DNA of 64,000 nucleotides from Phoronis australis (lineage: Eukaryota; Animalia; Phoronida), in NCBI GenBank assembly GCA_002633005.1, contig NMRA01000298.1, positions 473,474 through 537,473 on the forward strand, in the 5' to 3' direction. Every line of letters begins with the position of its first letter. Position 1 is the first letter of the stretch. A program made the position numbers and the translations under genes. The notes beneath the pieces were generated by a model. That model was given only the letters and a program-made list of their open reading frames with translations. It did not search any database and was not told the origin of the DNA. Positions 53,993-64,000 of this stretch are shown one piece after another.

Positions 53993-54227
53993 CCGGTTCA
54001 TTACGAGTCCTTGGGTACGTAATCATAACTGTCACCCATCGGAAGATAAACGTGGCCAAAAGCGCTGCGTAGCTCCAGTTCGTGAGATAGAGGAACAACT
54101 TTACGTGGTTTTCCGGTCCTGAAAACCAGCTCTGATTTGGAAGCGCGCAAGTCAGCACAAACCATATCGAGATGTATATCAGACAGACCGTAACGTAGGC
54201 GAGATACAGCGCTTGGGAACAGAACCA
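53993..54227 (-). CDS. First identifiable coding exon of rolling stone-like gene (FAR-17a/AIG1-related multi-pass protein)
   Basis: TTACAG|TGG (phase 0) to G|GTAAAG (phase 1); hydrophobic helices and the hallmark KLFLYLTNWSY. The ATG-bearing exon was not located. Confidence 0.85.
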
Positions 54228-56659
54228 CTGTAATGGGTTAGAAAATAATAACCACAGTAATAAATGTGACATTTTTAACATATGAACGCAGTACATGTTG
54301 ACTACTCGTCAGATATGTGTTGGTTTTCTATGATAGTTATTAGCGCAACACCGGGGCAGAAACTAAATTTACAAAAGGTGGCAAAAAATATTCCCTTATT
54401 TAGTATGACGTCATTTTGACGTTTTGGACCTAGTCAAATAAATTAAAATACCTAAATGAAAATTCCAAAAAATAAAAATAATAATTAGATCAGATTTACG
54501 TAAGCGCTTCGAATCTGGCCTTGGATCTGGTCAATTCTAATGCTTCTGAACTCCCAGGGATCATTCAGTAGGTTCTACCGTTGTCGGACCACACCGAGTA
54601 ACCTAAACACATAATTTTGTAAAACTTCCAAGTGCTAAACTGCCCCCGTGGCTAAGCTTAAGACCTGCAAGATTTTTAAAAATGTGATTTGAATGTGCAC
54701 TTATATTCCTACTTGTGGGTGCAAACCGCGTCATATTAGTGGAAGATACGTCACCACTAAACATCCGAATGGTAACAATTTGTCGACATGAAGTAAATAG
54801 CCTACCCAAAGATATGCCCAATTTGAGTTGTGTCTAAAAATTTTGAGTTTTCCCGCGTTTCCAAATGCACAGCTACTACGAAGAGGTGCACATATATACT
54901 CATTCAGCATTCCGTACATGTCAACCGTGTGAGTATGTAAATATTCACTTGTCCTACCTACTTTTTACACTCCAGGGTAGAGTTCAGAAACGCTAAAACC
55001 TAGCTAAAATCACGTGTTCTCGTTTAAAACACACGGCAATATCTCATATAATCTCGCAAAGTCTTGGCTTTTGGCGAGGTCCCAGCGTTACTGAACGGCT
55101 GGCTGGTATCATCAGGTTCCTTATTTCGTTATCCAATTTTCATTTTGAATATCGCTTCATTGTTTAACCATGTTACAACTCGTAGTTGTATTATTTTTAT
55201 TGGAGCGCACATCTGTGGCCGCCATTCTATTGATGCACGACAAGAAATTCGAAAATCACTTTTGCACGCAATCTACACGAAATTTGATCGCACTGTGTAA
55301 CTCGTTCAAAGGTCGAGACATGTTAGTCCGGGAGCCAGAGAATTTTTTCTTACTTAACCTGGATTTGCTGGATAAAGTTTAATTTTTTGATGTTTATGTA
55401 GCCTAGGGATAGGTTATCATGATTTGGGGTGTGACCGTTCGAAACCCTTAAGTATTTTTTAAATATGCAAATTAACTTCGTGATAATACAAAACTCTATT
55501 TTTGCTTATAACGTCCTTGCCAAGCACTGTAAACAGGTTATTTTAATATTTTCACCTTTGTTTCCAAATTCAGTGAATTTAAAGGAGCTCGTTTGTTAGT
55601 GAACATATCGGGAATTTGCATAATATACGCAAATTAGTTCCGCCATTATTCAAAATTCTGCTTGTAGCTGTAGTACCAGGTACGACAGGTAAATTAGTTT
55701 ATGTTCGGAATATGTCCCCAAAATAATACCAGGTACCACAGGTAAATTATTGTAATACTTGCACACATGTTGCTGTTGTGAACTAGTTTAATAAAATCAG
55801 TTTGTAAGTTGCTGCACGACAAACTTGCATAATTTATGTAATGTAATTCGAAATTCGGTTTTTGCTCCTAACTTCCTTACAGGCGTTACATGTTCGTGAT
55901 CATCATGAATTTGCATTATTGATGAGTTACATAAATTAGACTAAGTTGCCATGAAAACAAAACTCTGCTTGTGCTTATAATTGCCGTATCAGACACCAGA
56001 GGTCAGTGATATTAATATTTGCACCCACGTTTCTGTGGTCAATGAGTTAAATGAAACCTGATGCAAGTAGCATGGTAAGTTCGCAAAATCTCTTTTTGAA
56101 GATGAAGTGAGAAAATAGTTTTTGTAATATGTGCTCAACAGTTTGAGACCTTTAATTCCAAAAAAGATTTGCCTAATGTTCTACTCCCTTAAGCCATAGA
56201 AAAATGCAGATTAGATTAATGAGCTGAGTGAATGCTGGAATGGGACTCGGTGCGATCAGTTTATAGGGACCACATTCACGATGTACAGACACAGTAGTGG
56301 AGGCATAGTAGGGAATTTCCCTCAAAGAAGAGCCTCTTTAGCTTTGGGCACGAAGTTGCCATTTGTCTTGCAAGATTGAAACGGGTCTTGGAGAAACGGA
56401 AAGCGATAACATTGCATATTGTACTCAAACCTATCACAAAGAAGAAAGTAAGGCACGTTTTTAGTAAGTGCCCAAAATATTGCACGAATCCGTCAAAAAG
56501 TAGATACCAGCATCGATCCATTGGATCCCAAGTTCCATCCCAAAGGCGCAGTAGAGAACATTAGCAGTGACACGATTGCTACTCCAACAGTTAATACATG
56601 TACACGAAGCAATAAGCATTGAACAAGCACTGCTATAAAACTTCGAGAAAGGCTGACCA

Positions 56660-57040
56660 CTAGGTTTCTACAACACTATGCCGAGATAGGTGATAACCAT
56701 GACAGCAAATGCCAAATCAATGCAAGTTGGTGAGTCGAAGGTGTGCAATATCAATGCAATATATTGAAGGGTTATGCCATTCTTATCAAACAATCGTGAC
56801 ATTGACGAAAGGAACGTCATGAGCTTGCTCCAACGCCTCCTGCAATGTTTATAGAAAAACGAGACGAGCCTTGTAAAAGGCAAGTCAGCCATGTACAGGT
56901 CCCTGCAACAGGAAGTGTCCAGCAGGAATGGCGGATGTACCAATGTGACGGTCATAGATGGTTCAAATCTTCTGTGGACTGTTCACTGGCCAGCAGATGG
57001 TACTGTAGAAAATTATGTCACCAAAGTGAAAATATGTGGT
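56660..57040 (+). pseudogene. Academ-like transposase fragment (XPG/PIN region)
   Basis: FYNTM..RVM..NRDID..HELAPTPPAMF..KSAMYRSLQQEV..VTVIDGSNLLWTVHWPADGTVENYV, with stops and frameshifts. Confidence 0.65.
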
Positions 57041-57714
57041 ACTGCATATCCATGCGGACACCCAGCTTAAAAATGGGGTGCTCGAATTTTTGAGAATGGG
57101 GACCTCTTACTAAGATTCATGGGGTACGTTCAACTTACAAACTGGTTTCATTAAACATGGGTGCAATGTCATGATGGTTCACCTGTAGTGCCTGGTACCG
57201 TAGCTATAATCACAAGTAGAATTTGAATAACGGTGGTCTTAATTTGAAATTTTAAAAATTGTTCAAGGGTTGCAAACGGTCTCCCCTCCCTCAATCATGG
57301 TCACTTAACCCTTGGCTACATGAAACAGCAAAGAAAAAAAATTATCCGTCAAATCCAGTCTCAGGTCCCTGGATCTAGGACTATATTGGTTTCCGCTTCT
57401 CGATCTGACTTAGGGCTCTCGCGTTATTCGAGATTTGCTGATCTAAGGACTCTTATTGAACGATTTTTGCTGTTCTTTTGTTTGTCTATCATTCGCATTC
57501 GCATGTTTCGTCCGATTGACATGAAATTTACACACAACATGTATGTCATGGAAATCTTGAGGCCTGTTGTTTTAGGCGAAATCAGACCAAAGACGGAGCT
57601 TTGGAGACCATTTTTTAAATTCTCGTTTTACGGAGCAGAACGTAGATTGATCTCCTGGAGGTAACCGTTTTTGACTATTGGCTTGGACTTGTGTCATATT
57701 TTCTTTCTATTAGC

Positions 57715-57920
57715 TTCCAACTGGTACCATTGTTTTTACCGCTGGCTTGCAACTCGTGTCACTGTTTTGGTCGTTGGATTGCAACTCGTGTCACTGTTTT
57801 GATCGTTGCGTTGCAACTGGTGTCAGTGTTTTGACCGTTGCGTTGCAACTGATGTCAGCGTTTTATACTGTTGACCTGCAACTGCTGTCACTGATTTTGA
57901 TCACTGCCTTGCACTCTGTG
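57715..57920. repeat. ~32-bp minisatellite, about 6 copies
   Basis: Repeated TGCAACT(C/G)GTGTCA(C/G)TGTTTTGA(T/C)CGTTGCGT units. Confidence 0.85.
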
Positions 57921-58798
57921 CGGTTTTAACATAAGCATATCGTCGAAATTTGGGTACATTCAATTAGCAAATTTACTTACAGTGAAAAGCTAAAGGAACG
58001 CACAAAAAGTTTGACAATTAAGTTCAAAGCACTCTAAACCCTTAGCTGGTTCTGTCTTCTCCTAATGCACATTTGTTATTTCCCATGTGACATAAATATC
58101 GTTTAACCAAGACGTTCCTCGACCACTGCCTCCTAGAACGGATCATGTGTTTCTAGATGAGCGGTCATTTCCCGCGGATGTCGTTACTCTCCCTCACCAA
58201 TTTATTACATTTCGCATAGAATATCTAACTACATGTATATTTGAAGAATTTAAGTTGATGACGCTAATAGGGAATTATATGAATTTAAAACTTTGTTTTG
58301 AACGTTGTTCAAAACTGGGCTTAGTATCTTTTTATACGATGCAACATCTACATCCAAGCTGAAATGAGTATGTAGAGCTCAGTGTTGTATATTATAATCA
58401 TTTCATTTTAATATGGTTCAACGTGACGTCTCTCTGGTTCACAGAACGCGTAAATGCGGGCGAAAGACAAACATGACGAGTAGTGGTATACGGGACATCA
58501 TATGTGTATAAATGCCACATCATTCTAGATATGATGGTGCTTCTAGAAGTGGGCTTGGCTAATAGACTATCGTCCTCAAAGTATGATAGTACTAGCAAAA
58601 CACTTGAGTTCGCCTAATGACGCAAGGATTTTTTCTATCGCAGAGCGGTTAGGCAAATATCAAAAAACGTGCTTTCTTCTCTTGGACAGACTGTATTGCG
58701 AGGTCAAAGAAAACATGAAGTCAAATAGTAACCCTCGTCTTACGAAGAACCTTAAAGGAGAATGCCACGCAAACTTTCCATTGTGTTTTGTAAACTAA

Positions 58799-61316
58799 AA
58801 CTAGAAAGATTATTGTCACGGCGTGACAATAATGGACTCTGCGCGTGCGTATTAAAGGAATTGTTATGGGAAGTTACTGACAGCAACCCGGTTACCAATA
58901 GGAATTCTTTAAAATTGTAGGAGAAATTACATGTTAATATTTTGATGACCTTTCCACTAACTGACCTCTTCCGGTGCATTATGAACCCCGATGAAGGAAT
59001 AATTGTAAAACCAATTTAAAGTGTGGTTAATGCGAAGAATCACAGATGTTTTACTTTAAGCACTTAAGAATACAACATGAATGAATTGGTCAAACTTTCA
59101 GAAGAAAAATGCACCTAATGACCCCATGGGTGCACCAAATGACCCAAAAATTGAAAATTCAAACTCAATCGCATTTAGTAAAGAGATATGTAATTTTGAA
59201 GTCACTACCTCAAAATTTTAATTTTGCACTCAATGACCTTTGACCTATTTTTTCTGATTGGTAGGCCTATTGCGTAGTTAAGTAGGTTGTTCAATTGGCA
59301 TGTTGACTTACACTAGTGTGCTGAAATTCAAAAGAATTCATTGAAAAACGTAAGATATCACATTTTGAACGTTAGCTGACCTTTGCACTAATTGACCTTA
59401 TCCGGTGCATTTTAAGCATCTTTAGGAGAATTATTGCAAAGCCCATGAAAAATGTGTTTAACGCTGAGAATCACAGTTGTCTAACGGTTGATACATCAGA
59501 ATACTTACTGATTGAAAAGGTCAAATTTTCAGAAGAAAAATGCACCTAATGACCCCATGTTTGCACTAAATGACCTGAAACTTTGGATTCCGATTTGCTT
59601 TACCTGTGGCAATCAGACCTGTCAATTTGAAGTGTCTCGCTCAAAATTCTATTTTGCACCTAAGGACCTTTGACCTTTTTCACCTGATTGGATGACCCGA
59701 TTTCTTAGAAAAGTAATTTTTAAATTGTCATGTTGACTTATACCTGTGCACCGAATTTGAAAAAGATATCTTAAAAACTGAAGGAGGAGTAGCATTTTGA
59801 AAATTATCTGACCTTTGCACTAAACGACCTTTTCCGGTGCAATATGGAATATGATTATATAACCAATCAAAATTTATATACTGTCAAAAGTCATATGCTG
59901 AATTAAAAGAACGTACCTGCACCCAATTTGGAGTTATTAAGCCTCAATGTTGGTCGGAAGAAGAATAAGAAGAAGAATAAGAAGAATGAGAAGAACTAGA
60001 AAGATTTTTTATTGTCACGGCGTGACAATAACGGACTCTGCGCGTGCGTATTACTGAAATTATTATGGGAAGTTACTGACAGCAACCCGTTTACCAATGT
60101 GAAAAGGAATTCTTTAAAATTGTAGGAGAAATTACATATTAATTTTTGATGACCTTTCCACTAATTGACCTCTTTCGGTGCATTATGAGCCCCGATGAGG
60201 GAGTAATTGTTAACTCGATTAAAAGCGTGGTTAATGCTAATAATCACTGATGTTTTACTTTAAGCACTTCAGAATACAAGATGAATGAAGTGGTCAATCT
60301 TTCATAAGAAAAATGCACCTAATGACCCCATGGGTGCACCAAATGACAGGAAAGTTTAGACTTCAAATTCAATCGCGCTTAGTAAACAGATACGTAATTC
60401 TGAAGTTTCTAGCTCAAAATTTTAGTTTGCACTCAATGACCTTTGACCTATTTTTTCTGATTGGTTAGGCCTATTGCAAAGTAAAGTAGGGTATTTAATT
60501 GGCATGTTGACTAACACCAGTGTGCTGAAATTGAAAAGAATTCCTTGAAAAACATACAGTGTAAGAGATATAACATTTTGAACATTACATGACCTTTGCA
60601 CTAATTGACCTTATCCGGTGCATTTTAAGCATCTTTAGGAGAATTATTGCAAAGCCCCTGGAAAATGTGTTTAACGCTGAGAATCACAGTTGTCTAACCG
60701 TTGACACATCAGAATACTTGCTGATTGAAAAGGTCAAATTTTCAGAAGAAAAATGCACCTAATGACCCCATGTTTGCACTAAATGACCTGAAACTTTGGA
60801 TTCGGATTTGCTTTACCTGTGGCAATCAGACCTGTCAATTTGAAGTGTCTAGCTCAAAATTTTAGTTTGCGCCTAATGACCTTTGACCTATTTCACCTGA
60901 TTGGATGACCTGATTACTTAGAAAAGTAATTTTTTAAATTGTCATGTTGACATATACCTGTGCACCGAATTTGAAAAAGATAGCTTTAAAACTGAAGGAG
61001 GAGTAGCATTTTAAAAATTATATGACCTTTGAACAAAACGACCCTTTCCGGTGCAATATGGAATATGATTATATAACCAATCAAAATATATGTACTGTCA
61101 AAAGTCATATGCTGAATTTAAAGACCGTACATGCACCCCATTTGGAGTTATTAAGCCTCAAAGTTGGTCGGAAGAAGAATAAGAATAAGAAGAATAAGAA
61201 GAATAAAATTGAAGAAAACCCAGGAACAACAGTACTCTGTGCTTACACGCGCAGAGTAATAAAATTGAAGAAAACCCAGGAACAACAGTACTGTGCGCTT
61301 ACACGCGCAGAGTAAT
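58799..61316 (+). mobile_element. Two Helentron/HINE elements, one apparently nested in the other
   Basis: Two ~1.2-kb near-identical units start AACTAGAAAGAT..TTATTGTCACGGCGTGACAATAA (58799, 59994), each with subterminal ACTCTGCGCGTG, internal TGACCTTTGACCT repeats and an (AAGAAGAAT)n tract; two copies of the 3' end with complementary CACGCGCAGAGT follow. Confidence 0.8.
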
Positions 61317-61336
61317 CACCCATCCCTTTATTAAAT

Positions 61337-61440
61337 AGAAGCGATGCTGTGTATAAGGTTGAATGTGACAACTGTAAGGAATTCTATATTTGACTGGCAC
61401 AGAGACGCTTCTGTAACAGGTTGAAAGAACATAACACATC
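61337..61440 (+). mobile_element. Penelope-like GIY-YIG endonuclease remnant
   Basis: RSDAVYKVECDNCKEFYI*LAQRRFCNRLKEHN. Confidence 0.7.
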
Positions 61441-63159
61441 CGAAAAAGTAACATTTATAGGCAGTGTATTAGCAACAACCATCAAGCCAATTCAGTCAGT
61501 ATTATTTGTGAAGAACATGCTAAGGAATTACTGTATATCAAGGAGTCATTGGCCTTTCAGGATCAGCATGCTACTGATTCTCTCAATAACATGCAGAGCT
61601 CAGTGACCCTGCATCTATGGTAATGACCCGCTTACTTTCTCTGTATGTCTCATGCTCATTTCACCACACGGATGTGACTTGAAAGAATATCGACACTTGC
61701 TGTCCTATGTACATATCCTGCTGATGTCTTGTTGAATAGCCAATTTCAAAAATTATTAGCCAAATGCTTTCTTTTTTCCCAACCCCTACAACTGATAAAA
61801 ATACAGTTACACGAACTGAAGTAATGTTATTCACAGGTCAGTTACATAATGAATGTACCATAAGAAAAGACATTTGCCTTCAGAAAAAACAAAAGATCAA
61901 CATTCCAAGGCCATATAGCAAGTGTTTTTGCTATATGTCTAACTAAAACAAATTGGGCAGGGGTTCCCCCATACGAAAAGGAGTAGTTGAGTTTCATTTG
62001 AGATTGAATTGAGATTCAATTGAAATTCAATAGAAAACTGAATTTCTGTTGAATATATCTATTGAATGAAAATTCAGTTGGCACTACCCTTCACCTAATT
62101 ATGCCGTCAATTGAATGGCTATTGAACGGCTATTGAACGGCAATGGAATTTCAGCACTTAAAGAATTTTTAGCTGTTCTGTATTGAATAGCTATTGAATT
62201 TCGGGAATTAAGGAATTTCTGGATGGTTTGATTTAACAAGTTACCAGCATTGTTGATTTCAAACATGTGTTACCAATGGGTTATCAAGATTACATTTCTG
62301 GAAAGTGACCGTTAAGCTTTTCAAACCCTTTCAAACGGATTTGGTGCAGCATAAACTGTGCATGGATAGTGAAGAACTGCATGGATTAATTGGTGAGTTT
62401 GTGATTTCAACATCGCATTTATGTCAATTTAAGTGTTATGTAACATTTGGTGTCATTCATGAATAAGTAGCTTTAGTTTTGAAAACAAAATGGAATTTTT
62501 TTCTAACTGATTCAGATGATTAAGGTTAGGGAAGTTAAGGAGTAGAGCACAGATTTCAAAAGGAAGTTGGGTTACAGACCAAAACCTGCCTGTGCTTATA
62601 GTTGCCAAAACATCTGCCAGTTAATTGACTGTCTTTTTACCTAACATAGTTCATTTATTTTAATTACTTGAGACATTGAAACAAGTTTTTATGATTCTGT
62701 CATTTAAGATGTGGCGTAATGTCAATTGTCATATAGTGTTTGATTTTATTTTATTTCTGTTTCTGTTGACGAAGGACGTTATTATATCAGAAAATTTCAG
62801 TTGATCCGTTCTTGTTGTTTTATTTAACTACTTATATTCTACATTTCGTGAAACAATAGTATCCTTGGGAGGATCTGGATCGCCTTATTTAGTTTCAGAT
62901 TTATTGTCTACGTTATTTACTGCACTAAGTAAGAGATGTATTAGATATTAGCGGTTTGCCATTGCCACCAGTCATCTACCCGTAGTGTCTCTGCAGTATA
63001 TTCTGGTAACCATGATGGTTAAATGTACAAATTGCTCCGCTCATAGCTTTAAAAATCAAATTTCAGCTATGAGTTAATGAGGTGTTTGACATATCAGGGG
63101 CGGATAAAATTAAAAAAGGGGGGATTAAGTGGTCGTGCTAATCTCGTTGAAAATTTCAT

Positions 63160-63226
63160 ACACACACACACACACACACACGCACGCACACAAACACACA
63201 CACACACGCACGCACACAAACGCACA
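63160..63226. repeat. (CA)n microsatellite
   Basis: Imperfect CA dinucleotide run. Confidence 0.95.
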
Positions 63227-64000
63227 CCCATCAGTTATGCTTAAGTTTATTGTAACATGTCTACTTTTTGTGAAGAAATTGTTCCTGGAAAAGTCATGGA
63301 AATTGAAAACACAATATGGAGCGATAATGAAACACTGGCATGGCTTGGAGATACTTTTTTTCCATGTTTCTGTACGAGGATAGCCTCATCTGTGCTCACC
63401 ACTGCTTTTAGTAATGCCCTGTGTACAATGACAAGTTGTTACCCTGACAAGTTGTAGAGATGAGAAAAAGTATGCGCATAGTTTTTAAGAAAATGGCTGT
63501 AGCCTCAAAATGAAAGTTTGCTTTACTGATCTTAGTTGCCGGACCCAAATTTGGCAAACAAGATGGCTGAAATTCAAATTAAACCGTCTTTATGGAGTTT
63601 ACACAGTCATTCATGTCATTGAAACAAATCATGATCTTTGAGCTGTGTACTAATGTCCTCAAAGCCATATGTCATTCCACTCTCACCGATTAAATGTTTC
63701 CGCCAGCTTTGCTGTAAGTCCATGCACCCCTTGGGGTTTTTTGTACCTGGGTCAAATACCGTGATTTGTTTCAAAGTATGAAATATTAAAAATTTGGTAT
63801 TATTAGAATTGTAGCCGACTTGTTTGCCAAACGTGGGTCCTGCAACTTTAAGTTGACGTGCCTGTAGTGAAATACGCAATGTGGTCAGTCGTTCATTTTG
63901 ACGGTGTGTGTCTAATGCCTTTCTATGGCATTACCCATCAATGACCCATGACCTATGTGTTCACAGATGATGCTAATGATAATGAGCATAGCAGAGCCAT

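Noticed and set aside
56276-56362. MATSCPKLKRLFF.. as the first exon of the rolling stone-like gene
   Set aside because: No phase-0 donor before the stop, and it adjoins the Academ relic on the opposite strand.
57715-57920. CRISPR-like array
   Set aside because: Head-to-tail degenerate units with no unique spacers and no cas genes, in a eukaryotic context; a minisatellite.

Overview
Eukaryotic, AT-rich, repeat-dense genomic window from a marine invertebrate (lophotrochozoan/mollusc-like, inferred from repeat types), with a 334-nt N gap at 9433-9766. By hand-splicing GT-AG junctions in consistent phase I reconstruct four host genes. (1) A + strand 3-exon gene encoding signal peptide + PAN/Apple + TLDc (6705-12561). 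(2) A single-coding-exon, divergent ceramide-kinase-like gene (35646-37004). (3) A - strand gene with 5 coding exons encoding a 296-aa secreted protein with bacterial-type beta-propeller motifs (44253-39441), a candidate horizontally acquired and intronised gene. (4) A - strand rolling stone-like membrane protein (54227-47864; first exon not found). The rest is mostly transposon debris: Sola3-like, Kolobok, ISL2EU/Harbinger, Academ, Helentron/HINE, Crypton-like palindromes, L1/Tx1, CR1/L2 and Penelope fragments, several of them nested. Most short ORFs in the track are spurious. Family assignments rest on motif recall, not database searches.
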